Shown: piece after piece, positions 12,346 through 26,651 of the stretch
Position numbering within the stretch: position 1 is the stretch's first letter
How the letters are laid out: each line of letters opens with the position of its first letter
NCBI RefSeq assembly: GCF_036507355.1
Contig: NZ_AP027877.1
Length of the DNA stretch: 64,000 nt
Direction: 5' to 3' (one strand)
Origin: Escherichia coli
Lineage (GTDB): Bacteria > Pseudomonadota > Gammaproteobacteria > Enterobacterales > Enterobacteriaceae
Position numbers and translations under genes: made by a program
Notes under the pieces: generated by a model
Database searches by the model: none
What the model was told of the DNA's origin: nothing
The model's input: the letters and a program-made list of their open reading frames with translations, nothing else

Positions 12346-13296
12346 TCAGCCTGCGATAGCACCAACAACCTGTAATACTTCGTCACGCGCCTGTTCTGGT
12401 TTTTCACTATCAAGCCAGTGAACCCCTTCCCAACCACGCAGCCAGGTTATCTGCCGCTTCGCCAACTGTCTCGTGGCGCAAACACCTCGATAAACCATTT
12501 CATCGTATGAGATTTCGCCTTCAAGGTAAGACCACATCTGGCGATAACCCACGCAACGAATGGAAGGCAAGTCCGTATGCAAATCTCCTCGGGCAAAAAG
12601 CGCCCGGACTTCTGCTTCAAAACCTGAAGCCAACATCTGATGAAAACGCTGCTCAATGCGTTGATGGAGCAGTTCACGGCTCGCCGGGGCGATGGCGAAC
12701 TGATGCACCTGATACGGTAGAGCGTCTCCTGACGTTTGCGTCAGTTCCGTTAAAGTTTTACCCGAAATGAAAAAAACTTCCAGTGCCCGGGAAAGCCTTT
12801 GTGGATCATTTGGATGAATCCTTGCTGCCGCAACCGGATCTACCTCCTGAAGTTGACGATGCAATGACTCCCAACCTTGCTCTGCCGCCTGTTGCTCAAT
12901 TCTGGCCCGCACTTCCGGGTCTGCCGACGGTAGCGGCGATAACCCTTCCAGCAATGCCTTGAAATACAACATCGTACCGCCCACTAACAGTGGGATCCGC
13001 CCCGCCGCGGTGATATCGGCCATTTCCGCCAGCGCATCGCGGCGAAAATCAGCAGCCGAGTAAGCCTGCGACGGATCGCGAATATCCAGCAATCGGTGCG
13101 GCGCGGCGAGTAACTCTTCAGCGTTCGGCTTCGCCGTCCCGATATCCATCCCTTTGTAAATAAGGGCAGAATCAACGCTTATCAACTCTACTGGTAAAAT
13201 TTTACGCAGCTCAATGGCTAACGCCGTTTTACCGGAGGCCGTCGGCCCCATCAAAAAAATCGCCTTAGGCAGGCTCGCCTTACTGATATCACTCAT
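12346..13296 (-). CDS. miaA: tRNA dimethylallyltransferase MiaA
   Basis: 316-aa ORF with GPTASGKT P-loop; start overlaps the mutL stop by 8 nt. Confidence 0.95.
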
Positions 13297-15136
13297 CTTT
13301 CAGGGCTTTTATCGCCGGATGTAAATCAACAGATTGTAACAGACCACCCGGCGGCGTTTTCACAAGTTGCGGACATAACCGTTCCACGTCCGCCAGCAGG
13401 GTTATGGCCTGTGCCATTGACCACTGTGCATGTTCGCTCATCAGATTTCGTGCAATCCACTGCGCAATATTGCCAGGTTCGAATACGGACTGCTTCGCCA
13501 GGTAGCCTATCAGTTCAGGAATCAAGATTTGTAAATTTTGTTGGCGTAAGGGTAAAGGCACGGCCCTGATGGTCACATGCTGTGCATCTGACTGGAAATC
13601 AATACCCAATTCCGCCAGGGCAGACTGCGCTTTTTCTAATGCCGATTTTTCTTCGCCAGAAACTTTTAGCCGCAACGGAATCAGCAACGGCTGGGCGCAA
13701 ACGGGCGCTTCACCCGGCGTCAGTTGTACCTGACGCAGCCAACGTTCTGCCACTGGCAAGGCTAAAAGTGAAATGTTGCCGTCGCGCTCCAGCAACGCAC
13801 AGTCGGAATGGACGATAGTCAGTACCCGACCAAAACTCTGACTGTTCGCCGCAAGTGCAGGTTCCTGCGGTTCCGGCGCTTTTGGTTTTTGCATCGGCGC
13901 GGGCGTTTGCAAAAGCAGGCGATACACTTCACCTTGCTGTTTCTGGTAGCCTGGCTGCGCATTCGGCCAGGGGGCAGCCGGACGACTGCCTGAGGCGGGC
14001 GCAGGAGAGTAGCGCGGAGCTACCGGCTCACGAGCTGCCGGTTCTGCAAAGTGATTGCGCCCCGCCGCCACGCGGTTTTCCGGAATGGGACGCGGTGCAG
14101 GTTGGGGTTCATCGTCCAGCGGTAGCGGCGTTTCCAGTTGCTGTTGTAGCACGCTCAGCACGCCCTGATAGATAAAATCATGCACCAGACGCGACTGATG
14201 GAAACGCACTTCGTGTTTGGCGGGGTGTACGTTGACGTCCACCTGATGCGGGTCGATCTCCAGATACAACACAAACGCCGGTTGTTGATCGGCCCCCAGT
14301 TTGTCTTCGCAGGCCTGGCGGATCGCATGATTGATCAGGCGATCGCGCATCATGCGACCATTCACGTAGCAATACTGAATTTCTGCCAGGGCGGGCGTGG
14401 TGTGATTCGGATCGGCCACCCAGCCGCGCAGGGTGAGATCGCCGTGTTGCCATTCAATCGCCAGCGCTTGTTCGAGAAAAGCGGTGCCACAAATCGCGCC
14501 TAAGCGCCGTTCTTTTTGCCCGCCTTCCGGCACTGCGCGGTACTGACGCACAATTTTACCGTTATGCGACAGGTTGATCGTGACGTCGAAACGCGCCAGC
14601 GCAATGCGGCGGATGATTTCATCGATATGGTTAAATTCGGTTTTCTCGGTGCGCAGGAATTTGCGCCGCGCCGGGGTGTTGTAGAACAGATCCAGCACCT
14701 CCAGCGTCGTTCCCACCGGATGCGCCGCCGGTTTAACCGTCACTTCCATATCGCGCCCTTCGGCATAGGCCTGCCAGGCTTCCTGCTGTTCTGCGGTGCG
14801 TGAAGTGAGCGTCAGGCGGGAAACCGAACTGATACTCGCCAGCGCCTCACCGCGAAAGCCCAGGCTGATAATGGCTTCGAGATCGTCCAGAGAGGCGATT
14901 TTACTGGTGGCATGACGAGCCAGCGCCAGCGCCAGCTCATCTTTTTTGATACCGCAGCCGTTATCACGAATGCGGATAAGTTTCGCCCCACCGCGTTCGA
15001 TATCAATATCGATACGCGTCGCACCTGCATCGAGGCTGTTTTCCACCAGTTCTTTGACTACCGACGCAGGTCGCTCGACCACCTCACCTGCGGCAATCTG
15101 GTTCGCCAGTTGTGGCGGTAAGACCTGAATTGGCAT
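13289..15136 (-). CDS. mutL: DNA mismatch repair protein MutL
   Basis: Track ORF trimmed to the ATG at 15136 ([23 protein letters not shown]..., 615 aa); GHKL ATPase N-terminus. Confidence 0.95.
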
Positions 15137-15145
15137 CAATCGTCC

Positions 15146-16483
15146 TTAGTTTGGCAGCGTGCGATCTGGCGTCGTCACCGTACTGGCCGTTTGTGCCGTT
15201 GCCCCCTGCGGCGCAGATTGCATCGGATGCGCAAGGAAATAATTGCGCAGGCCTTTGTAAATGGCTTCTGCCAGCTGTTGTTGGTAATCGTCGCTCGCCA
15301 GCAAACGTTCTTCGCTGTTGTTGCTGATAAAACCGGTTTCGACCAGTACTGATGGGATATCCGGCGAACGCAGAACGCCAAGGCTGGCATGTTCTGGTCG
15401 GCGTTTATGTATTTCGCCAATGCGTTGCAACTGACTGATCATACTGGTCGCTACATCATACCCTACCCGCTGGGAATGACCGAACTGTAAATCCAGCACC
15501 GCCTGGCTTAAATAGGGGTCAGACTGACTGTTCGCCAGCACATCGCCCGCGCCGCCCAGCAGCTCCGACTGTTTCTCATGCTGTTCCAGCCAGCTTGCCA
15601 TCTCGCTGTTTGCACGACGGTTTGAGAGCACCCATACGGAAGCGCCAGTCGCACTGCGGTTCGGTGCGGCATCAGCGTGAATCGACACGAGGAAATTGGC
15701 GTTTTGCTTACGTGCCACATCGCTGCGCCCCATCACCGAGATAAAGTAATCCCCGTCACGGGTTAAAACGCCTTTAAACATCGGATCGTCATTGAGCAAA
15801 GTACGCAATTTACGCGCGATGGCGATGGTGACATTTTTCTCCCGCGTACCACCGGGGCCGATAGCGCCAGGGTCCTGACCGCCGTGTCCGGCATCAATAG
15901 CGATGATAATTTTATCGCCAGTGTTAGCCGTCGCGCGCGCTGCCGGACGCGTTACCGTATTACTGCTGATAACACCCGTAGTGCGGTTACTTTCCGTTTT
16001 AAACGGATTGCGCGCCGGTTCGCTGACGCGCGGTGCGACAACCGCAGGCGTTTCAACGCGTTTCGCAACCACAGGCGGCGGAGGAGGCGGTGGCGGCGCA
16101 TCGGCGTTAATCGTAAAGACGACAGTGTAATTGCTGCCATTCTGCCGCTTCACCGCTTCGGTTTTACCATTTTCGGTAAGATCGACCACCAGCCGTAGCG
16201 TTTGTGCATCTTTAGGCGTTCCGGAGCGAATCGCCTTCACCAGATTATTACCGCTGAACAACAACGGCAGTCCCTGAATCACGCCCGTTTGTTTGATATC
16301 GAGCGCCACGGTGCGTTTGCTTTGATGGCTAAACGCATAATCAGGATCGCCAATAAAACTCAACGTTATCCGCGCCTGTTGATTACCGTTAGAAACCTGA
16401 ATATCAGAGAGCGTCGCGGCACCCACCTGCGCGCACAGCAGCAGCAACGTCGCTACCAACCAATTTCTGATGCGATACATCAT
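15146..16483 (-). CDS. amiB: N-acetylmuramoyl-L-alanine amidase AmiB
   Basis: Track ORF trimmed to [23 protein letters not shown] (signal peptide, 445 aa); contains an 8-proline tract. Confidence 0.93.
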   Translation of the reverse strand: MMYRIRNWLVATLLLLCAQVGAATLSDIQVSNGNQQARITLSFIGDPDYAFSHQSKRTVALDIKQTGVIQGLPLLFSGNNLVKAIRSGTPKDAQTLRLVVDLTENGKTEAVKRQNGSNYTVVFTINADAPPPPPPPPVVAKRVETPAVVAPRVSEPARNPFKTESNRTTGVISSNTVTRPAARATANTGDKIIIAIDAGHGGQDPGAIGPGGTREKNVTIAIARKLRTLLNDDPMFKGVLTRDGDYFISVMGRSDVARKQNANFLVSIHADAAPNRSATGASVWVLSNRRANSEMASWLEQHEKQSELLGGAGDVLANSQSDPYLSQAVLDLQFGHSQRVGYDVATSMISQLQRIGEIHKRRPEHASLGVLRSPDIPSVLVETGFISNNSEERLLASDDYQQQLAEAIYKGLRNYFLAHPMQSAPQGATAQTASTVTTPDRTLPN

Positions 16484-16501
16484 CCTGCCACCTTTCAAAG
16501 G

Positions 16502-18480
<1,979 letters not shown>

Positions 18481-18482
<2 letters not shown>

Positions 18483-19620
18483 GTCAGAGCCCCTCGATCT
18501 CAATCAGTTAGCGCAAAAAATTAAACAGTGGGGGCTGGAACTGGGCTTTCAGCAGGTAGGTATTACCGATACCGATCTCAGCGAGTCCGAGCCCAAACTG
18601 CAAGCATGGCTGGACAAACAATACCACGGCGAAATGGACTGGATGGCACGTCACGGTATGTTGCGCGCCCGCCCTCACGAATTATTGCCCGGTACGCTGC
18701 GCGTGATCAGCGTGCGGATGAATTACCTTCCTGCTAACGCCGCATTTGCCAGCACGCTGAAAAACCCCAAACTCGGCTATGTCAGCCGTTATGCGCTGGG
18801 CCGTGACTATCACAAACTTCTGCGCAACCGACTCAAAAAGCTGGGCGAGATGATTCAGCAACATTGTGTTTCGCTGAATTTTAGACCGTTTGTCGATTCT
18901 GCGCCTATTCTCGAGCGCCCGTTAGCTGAAAAAGCTGGGCTCGGCTGGACAGGTAAGCACTCACTTATCCTCAATCGCGAGGCCGGTTCGTTCTTCTTTT
19001 TAGGCGAATTGCTGGTCGATATTCCGCTGCCCGTGGATCAACCAGTCGAGGAAGGATGCGGCAAATGCGTGGCCTGTATGACGATTTGCCCGACCGGTGC
19101 CATCGTCGAGCCATATACCGTCGATGCTCGCCGCTGTATCTCTTATCTCACCATCGAACTGGAAGGGGCGATCCCGGAAGAGTTGCGACCGTTAATGGGA
19201 AACCGTATTTACGGTTGCGATGACTGCCAGCTTATCTGCCCGTGGAATCGCTATTCACAACTCACTACAGAAGACGATTTCAGCCCGCGTAAGCCGCTAC
19301 ACGCACCGGAACTCATTGAGTTATTCGCCTGGAGCGAAGAGAAGTTTTTAAAAGTCACGGAAGGATCGGCGATTCGTCGTATTGGTCACCTGCGTTGGCT
19401 GCGTAATATCACCGTAGCATTAGGCAATGCGCCCTGGGATGAAACGATTCTGGCGGCGCTGGAGAGTCGCAAAGGTGAGCACCCACTTCTTGATGAGCAC
19501 ATAGCGTGGGCGATGGCGCAGCAAATCGAGAGGCGAAATGCGTGCATAGTCGAAGTGCAATTGCCGAAAAAACAGCGTCTGGTTCGGGTAATTGAAAAAG
19601 GGTTACCGCGTGACGCCTGA
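18481..19620 (+). CDS. queG: Epoxyqueuosine reductase QueG
   Basis: Track ORF trimmed to the ATG at 18481 (MSEPLDLNQLAQKIKQWGLE..., 379 aa); 4Fe-4S motif CGKCVACMTICP. Confidence 0.92.
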
Positions 19621-19889
19621 TTCATCCACAGCTTGTGAATAAAAATAAAAACGCATTGCAATTCAAGACGAATAAAATCGTCAAGTGATCGACTCGACAA
19701 AACGGAATCTTAATTTTTAACTTATCTATCAATAGGTTAAAAAAATACTATTCACCGTGCGAAGTTTCTTTGAAATTAAGATTACAGCCTGAGGCTGTGG
19801 ATAACTCTGTTTACAAGAGTTTGTCAGAGACAACAAAAACCAGCAATAACGCATCGCGTCGCTGTGGATATTTTATTGAGAGAAGAATT

Positions 19890-19965
<76 letters not shown>

Positions 19966-20000
19966 TTGGGTGGTCTGTGCCTTACAGCACTTTCAAATTT

Positions 20001-20076
<76 letters not shown>

Positions 20077-20112
20077 TTGGGTGGTCTGTGCTTTACAGCA
20101 CTTTTCAAATTT

Positions 20113-20188
<76 letters not shown>

Positions 20189-20398
20189 GTACTACTTAAT
20201 TTTGCTTTCGTAATTTTCGCATTTCTGCGTCGTTACGGGAGGCGCATTATACGAGAAATCTTTCCCTCTGCAACCCCCCTAAAAAATTTTTTTTGAGTTT
20301 TTATCTCAAGTGCTGAAATTATCAGCAAGACGTTCAATTTAGCGTCAAAATCACGCCGCCGCAAGTGGATTCCGGCGCTTACGTGACCAGCAAAAATT

Positions 20399-20944
20399 TT
20401 ACAGCTTGATAAAATGCTCGCGGTAGTAAGCCAGCTCCGCCACCGATTCACGGATATCATCCATCGCCTGATGCGTCCCCTGCTTGGTAAAACCATCCAA
20501 AATTTCCGGCTTCCAGCGGCGCGCCAGCTCTTTCAGGGTGCTGACATCGAGATAACGGTAGTGGAAGTAGGCTTCCAGCTCCGGCATGTATTTAAACAGG
20601 AAGCGACGATCCTGGCCGATGCTGTTACCGCAAATCGGCGATTTTCCCGCAGGCACCCACTGTTTTAAGAATTCGAGCGTTGCCAGTTCAGCTTCACGAT
20701 CGCCCATCGTGCTCGCTTTCACGCGCTCCACCAGCCCGCTGGCGGTATGGGTGCGCACGTTCCAGTCATCCATCAGCGCCAGCTGTTCATCAGACTGGTG
20801 TACTGCAATGGTCGGCCCTTCTGCCAGAATATTCAGGTTGGCATCGGTCACCAGCGTGGCAATCTCAATAATGCGATCGCGCTCGGGATCCAGACCGGTC
20901 ATCTCAAGATCGATCCAAATCAGGTTGTTTTCATTGGCACTCAT
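20399..20944 (-). CDS. orn: Oligoribonuclease
   Basis: Track ORF trimmed to the ATG at 20944 ([23 protein letters not shown]..., 181 aa); DEDDh exonuclease. Confidence 0.94.
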
Positions 20945-21038
20945 GCTATTTTCCACCCATTCACAGTGACTATATTGATCCACAATTGCGTGTATCATAG
21001 ATGTTTTGCCCATCAGGGGCGACCAGGAGTCAGTACGA

Positions 21039-22091
21039 TTGAGTAAAAATAAACTCTCCAAAGGCCAGCAGCGCCGCGTGAACGCCAATCACCAGCGTCG
21101 TCTTAAAACGTCTAAGGAGAAGCCCGACTACGACGACAATCTGTTTGGCGAGCCTGATGAAGGTATCGTCATCAGCCGCTTTGGTATGCACGCTGATGTG
21201 GAATCCGCCGATGGCGACGTTCACCGCTGCAATATTCGCCGTACCATCCGTTCGCTGGTGACCGGCGACCGCGTAGTCTGGCGTCCGGGTAAACCGGCGG
21301 CGGAAGGCGTAAATGTCAAAGGGATCGTGGAAGCGGTGCATGAGCGCACCTCGGTGTTGACGCGTCCGGATTTCTACGACGGCGTGAAACCTATTGCCGC
21401 CAACATCGACCAGATTGTCATTGTCTCCGCCATTTTGCCGGAGCTGTCGCTCAATATTATCGACCGTTACCTGGTGGCCTGCGAAACCTTGCAGATTGAG
21501 CCGATTATTGTGCTCAATAAGATAGACCTGCTGGACGACGAAGGCATGGCGTTCGTCAACGAGCAGATGGATATCTACCGCAATATCGGTTATCGCGTAT
21601 TGATGGTTTCCAGCCATACTCAGGATGGGCTGAAACCGCTGGAAGAGGCGTTGACCGGGCGCATCAGCATTTTTGCCGGCCAGTCTGGCGTTGGTAAATC
21701 CAGCCTGCTGAACGCGTTGCTGGGGCTGCAAAAAGAGATCCTGACCAACGATGTCTCTGACAACTCGGGTCTCGGTCAGCACACCACGACCGCCGCACGA
21801 CTGTATCACTTCCCGCACGGCGGTGATGTGATTGATTCCCCTGGTGTGCGTGAGTTCGGCCTCTGGCACCTGGAGCCGGAACAAATCACTCAGGGTTTTG
21901 TCGAATTCCATGACTACTTAGGTCTGTGTAAATATCGCGATTGCAAACACGATACCGATCCGGGCTGCGCTATCCGGGAAGCGGTTGAGGAAGGAAAAAT
22001 CGCGGAAATCCGTTTCGAAAACTATCACCGTATTCTGGAAAGCATGGCGCAGGTAAAAACGCGTAAAAACTTTTCTGATACGGATGACTGA
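21039..22091 (+). CDS. rsgA: Small-ribosomal-subunit biogenesis GTPase RsgA
   Basis: Track ORF trimmed to the TTG at 21039 ([21 protein letters not shown]..., 350 aa); [10 protein letters not shown]-loop; start codon choice is from memory of the N-terminus. Confidence 0.88.
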
Positions 22092-22187
22092 CAATTAAGC
22101 TAACCGTCGTTAGAATCGTCCCCTTTTTTTCAGGATCCGGCATGTAGGCCGGATCAGGAACGACAAAACAATGGCCTGGAGGCTACC

Positions 22188-23156
22188 TTGTTAAATTCAT
22201 TTAAACTTTCGCTACAGTACATTCTGCCGAAACTATGGCTTACTCGCCTGGCGGGTTGGGGCGCAAGCAAGCGGGCAGGATGGCTGACAAAACTGGTTAT
22301 CGATCTGTTCGTTAAATACTACAAGGTCGACATGAAAGAGGCGCAAAAGCCGGACACCGCCAGCTACCGCACCTTTAACGAATTCTTTGTCCGTCCGCTG
22401 CGTGACGAAGTACGCCCAATCGATACCGATCCGAATGTCCTGGTTATGCCTGCCGATGGCGTTATCAGCCAGTTGGGTAAAATCGAAGAAGATAAAATCC
22501 TGCAAGCCAAAGGCCACAACTACAGCCTCGAAGCCCTGCTGGCAGGCAACTATCTGATGGCGGACCTGTTCCGCAACGGTACGTTTGTGACCACTTACCT
22601 CTCCCCGCGTGACTACCACCGCGTACACATGCCGTGCAACGGTATTCTGCGTGAAATGATCTACGTGCCGGGCGATCTCTTCTCCGTTAACCATCTCACC
22701 GCTCAGAACGTGCCGAATCTGTTTGCCCGTAACGAACGCGTGATCTGCCTGTTCGATACCGAATTTGGCCCAATGGCGCAGATTCTGGTCGGGGCGACGA
22801 TTGTAGGCAGCATTGAGACGGTCTGGGCGGGCACCATTACGCCGCCGCGCGAAGGTATCATCAAGCGCTGGACCTGGCCTGCCGGGGAAAACGACGGTTC
22901 TGTGGCACTGCTGAAAGGCCAGGAAATGGGTCGCTTTAAACTCGGTTCCACCGTTATCAACCTGTTTGCACCGGGTAAAGTGAATCTGGTTGAGCAACTG
23001 GAAAGCCTGTCTGTCACGAAAATTGGCCAGCCGCTGGCAGTATCTACCGAAACCTTTGTTACGCCAGACGCTGAACCGGCCCCGCTTCCTGCTGAAGAGA
23101 TCGAAGCAGAACACGACGCCAGCCCATTGGTTGACGATAAAAAAGACCAGGTCTAA
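22188..23156 (+). CDS. psd: Phosphatidylserine decarboxylase proenzyme
   Basis: 322-aa [18 protein letters not shown]... with LGST self-cleavage motif; TTG start. Confidence 0.94.
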
Positions 23157-23177
23157 TCCATCAAAGGAAACGCTGAC

Positions 23178-26100
23178 GTGCGCCTGATTATCACTTTTCT
23201 GATGGCCTGGTGCCTCAGTTGGGGGGCGTACGCCGCGACGGCCCCCGATAGCAAACAAATCACCCAGGAACTGGAGCAGGCAAAAGCGGCGAAACCCGCG
23301 CAGCCAGAAGTCATAGAGGCACTCCAGTCTGCCTTAAATGCGCTTGAGGAACGAAAAGGTTCCCTTGAGCGCATCAAGCAATATCAAGAAGTCATTGATA
23401 ATTATCCGAAACTCTCCGCTACTCTGCGCGCACAATTAAACAACATGCGTGACGAGCCGCGCAGCGTGTCGCCGGGGATGTCTACCGACGCGCTGAATCA
23501 GGAAATTCTCCAGGTCAGCAGTCAGTTGCTGGATAAAAGCCGTCAGGCCCAGCAAGAGCAGGAGCGCGCCCGCGAGATTGCCGATTCGCTGAATCAACTG
23601 CCGCAACAGCAAACCGACGCCCGCCGTCAGTTAAACGAGATCGAGCGCCGCCTGGGAACGCTTACCGGCAATACTCCGCTCAATCAGGCACAAAATTTCG
23701 CGTTGCAGTCTGACTCTGCACGTCTTAAGGCGCTCGTTGATGAACTGGAGCTGGCGCAGCTGTCTGCCAATAACCGCCAGGAATTAGCGCGCTTGCGCTC
23801 TGAGCTGGCTGAAAAAGAGAGCCAGCAACTGGATGCGTATTTGCAGGCCTTGCGTAATCAATTGAACAGCCAACGCCAGCTTGAGGCAGAGCGGGCGCTG
23901 GAAAGTACCGAATTACTAGCAGAAAACAGTGCCGATTTGCCGAAAGATATCGTCGCGCAATTCAAAATTAACCGCGAACTATCGGCGGCGCTGAATCAAC
24001 AGGCGCAGCGGATGGATCTCGTTGCCTCGCAACAGCGTCAGGCTGCCAGCCAGACGTTACAGGTCCGGCAGGCGTTGAATACGCTGCGTGAACAGTCGCA
24101 ATGGCTGGGATCGTCCAATCTGCTCGGTGAAGCGTTGCGGGCGCAGGTGGCACGGCTACCGGAAATGCCGAAACCACAACAGCTTGATACCGAAATGGCG
24201 CAGTTGCGTGTGCAACGGTTACGTTATGAGGATCTGCTTAATAAACAGCCGCTGCTACGGCAAATTCATCAGGCCGACGGTCAGCCGCTGACCGCTGAGC
24301 AAAACCGTATTCTGGAAGCACAGCTACGCACTCAGCGTGAGTTGCTGAACTCATTGTTGCAGGGTGGTGACACGCTACTGCTGGAACTGACCAAGCTGAA
24401 AGTCTCCAACGGGCAACTGGAAGATGCGCTGAAAGAAGTGAACGAAGCGACGCACCGCTATCTGTTCTGGACCTCTGACGTGCGCCCGATGACCATCGCC
24501 TGGCCGCTGGAAATCGCCCAGGATCTGCGTCGTCTCATTTCGCTGGACACCTTCAGTCAGTTGGGCAAAGCCAGTGTGATGATGCTGACCAGCAAAGAGA
24601 CGATTTTGCCGCTGTTTGGCGCGTTGATTCTGGTCGGTTGCAGTATTTACTCGCGCCGCTATTTCACCCGTTTTCTTGAACGTTCGGCGGCGAAAGTCGG
24701 CAAAGTGACTCAGGATCACTTCTGGCTGACGTTACGCACTCTTTTCTGGTCGATTCTCGTCGCGTCACCGCTGCCGGTGCTGTGGATGACGCTGGGTTAC
24801 GGCTTGCGCGAGGCGTGGCCTTATCCGCTGGCGGTCGCGATTGGCGATGGCGTAACGGCCACCGTGCCGCTGCTGTGGGTAGTGATGATTTGCGCTACTT
24901 TTGCCCGCCCGAACGGCTTGTTTATCGCTCATTTTGGCTGGCCGCGCGAACGTGTTTCTCGTGGGATGCGCTACTACCTGATGAGCATCGGGCTTATTGT
25001 GCCACTGATTATGGCGCTGATGATGTTCGATAATCTCGACGACCGCGAATTTTCCGGTTCGCTGGGACGGCTTTGCTTTATCCTCATTTGCGGTGCGCTG
25101 GCGGTGGTCACCCTCAGCCTGAAAAAGGCCGGGATCCCGCTGTATCTCAACAAAGAAGGCAGCGGCGACAATATTACCAACCATATGTTGTGGAACATGA
25201 TGATTGGCGCGCCACTGGTTGCCATTCTGGCGTCGGCGGTGGGTTATCTGGCAACGGCACAGGCGCTGTTAGCGAGGCTTGAAACCTCGGTTGCCATCTG
25301 GTTCCTGCTACTGGTGGTTTATCACGTTATCCGCCGCTGGATGCTGATCCAACGACGCAGGCTGGCGTTTGACCGGGCGAAGCATCGCCGGGCAGAGATG
25401 TTAGCGCAACGTGCGCGTGGCGAAGAGGAAGCACATCATCACAGTAGCCCGGAAGGGGCAATTGAAGTCGATGAAAGCGAAGTCGATCTCGATGCCATCA
25501 GTGCGCAATCCTTGCGGCTGGTGCGCTCAATTTTGATGTTGATCGCCCTGCTTTCGGTCATTGTGCTGTGGTCAGAAATCCATTCCGCTTTCGGCTTCCT
25601 CGAAAATATTTCGCTGTGGGATGTCACCTCCACGGTACAGGGCGTAGAAAGTCTGGAGCCGATAACCCTCGGTGCGGTGCTGATTGCCATTCTGGTGTTT
25701 ATCATCACCACGCAGCTGGTGCGCAACCTGCCCGCGCTGCTGGAACTGGCGATTTTGCAGCACCTGGATTTAACGCCGGGTACGGGTTACGCCATCACCA
25801 CCATCACCAAATATCTGCTGATGCTGATTGGCGGGCTGGTCGGCTTCTCAATGATTGGTATTGAGTGGTCGAAATTGCAGTGGCTGGTCGCCGCGCTCGG
25901 TGTTGGTCTCGGTTTTGGTTTGCAGGAAATTTTCGCCAACTTTATCTCTGGCCTGATCATCCTGTTCGAAAAACCGATTCGCATTGGCGATACGGTAACG
26001 ATCCGCGATCTTACTGGTAGTGTGACGAAAATTAACACCCGCGCCACCACCATCAGCGACTGGGACCGTAAAGAGATAATCGTGCCGAACAAGGCGTTTA

Positions 26101-26501
26101 TTACCGAGCAGTTTATTAACTGGTCGCTCTCTGACTCGGTTACGCGCGTGGTGTTGACGATTCCGGCCCCTGCCGATGCCAACAGTGAAGAAGTGACGGA
26201 AATCCTGCTCACCGCAGCGCGTCGCTGCTCGCTGGTGATCGACAACCCGGCACCGGAAGTCTTCCTGGTGGATCTGCAACAGGGGATTCAGATTTTCGAG
26301 CTGCGTATTTACGCCGCTGAGATGGGTCACCGTATGCCGCTACGCCATGAGATCCACCAGCTGATTCTGGCTGGCTTCCATGCTCACGGTATCGATATGC
26401 CATTCCCGCCCTTCCAGATGCGTCTGGAAAGCCTCAACGGTAAACAAACGGGGAGAACGCTGACGTCTGCGGGCAAAGGTCGTCAGGCGGGAAGTTTGTA
26501 A
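23178..26501 (+). CDS. mscM: Miniconductance mechanosensitive channel MscM (YjeP)
   Basis: 1107-aa ORF with signal peptide, long coiled-coil periplasmic region, multiple TM helices and a C-terminal MscS-like domain; GTG start. Confidence 0.92.
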   Translation: MRLIITFLMAWCLSWGAYAATAPDSKQITQELEQAKAAKPAQPEVIEALQSALNALEERKGSLERIKQYQEVIDNYPKLSATLRAQLNNMRDEPRSVSPGMSTDALNQEILQVSSQLLDKSRQAQQEQERAREIADSLNQLPQQQTDARRQLNEIERRLGTLTGNTPLNQAQNFALQSDSARLKALVDELELAQLSANNRQELARLRSELAEKESQQLDAYLQALRNQLNSQRQLEAERALESTELLAENSADLPKDIVAQFKINRELSAALNQQAQRMDLVASQQRQAASQTLQVRQALNTLREQSQWLGSSNLLGEALRAQVARLPEMPKPQQLDTEMAQLRVQRLRYEDLLNKQPLLRQIHQADGQPLTAEQNRILEAQLRTQRELLNSLLQGGDTLLLELTKLKVSNGQLEDALKEVNEATHRYLFWTSDVRPMTIAWPLEIAQDLRRLISLDTFSQLGKASVMMLTSKETILPLFGALILVGCSIYSRRYFTRFLERSAAKVGKVTQDHFWLTLRTLFWSILVASPLPVLWMTLGYGLREAWPYPLAVAIGDGVTATVPLLWVVMICATFARPNGLFIAHFGWPRERVSRGMRYYLMSIGLIVPLIMALMMFDNLDDREFSGSLGRLCFILICGALAVVTLSLKKAGIPLYLNKEGSGDNITNHMLWNMMIGAPLVAILASAVGYLATAQALLARLETSVAIWFLLLVVYHVIRRWMLIQRRRLAFDRAKHRRAEMLAQRARGEEEAHHHSSPEGAIEVDESEVDLDAISAQSLRLVRSILMLIALLSVIVLWSEIHSAFGFLENISLWDVTSTVQGVESLEPITLGAVLIAILVFIITTQLVRNLPALLELAILQHLDLTPGTGYAITTITKYLLMLIGGLVGFSMIGIEWSKLQWLVAALGVGLGFGLQEIFANFISGLIILFEKPIRIGDTVTIRDLTGSVTKINTRATTISDWDRKEIIVPNKAFITEQFINWSLSDSVTRVVLTIPAPADANSEEVTEILLTAARRCSLVIDNPAPEVFLVDLQQGIQIFELRIYAAEMGHRMPLRHEIHQLILAGFHAHGIDMPFPPFQMRLESLNGKQTGRTLTSAGKGRQAGSL

Positions 26502-26607
26502 TGCATGAAGCTGCCAAATGATGTCAACGTGGCTCATTTAGCAGCTTAACATCATCTTCAGTTATCACCAGCCCCGGAGAATATCATCCATACGCATTAC
26601 TTCCTGA

Positions 26608-26636
26608 CAACTCATCGCCGGAGAGACGATGAGTTG
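26608..26636. terminator. Perfect 10-bp stem hairpin between the convergent mscM and yjeM (possible bidirectional terminator)
   Basis: caactcatcg-ccggagaga-cgatgagttg; no clear U-tract on either side. Confidence 0.3.
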
Positions 26637-26651
26637 CAGGATTTCATAGGA

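Noticed and set aside
22128-22160. Short palindrome atccggcatgtaggccggatc between rsgA and psd, considered as a REP element or terminator
   Set aside because: A single short REP-like unit without a U-tract; too little sequence to call confidently, so it is not listed as a feature.
22233-23258. 341-aa minus-strand ORF antisense to psd, and a similar 293-aa ORF (21030-21911) antisense to rsgA
   Set aside because: Both are contained in well-supported genes on the other strand and lack any recognisable motif.
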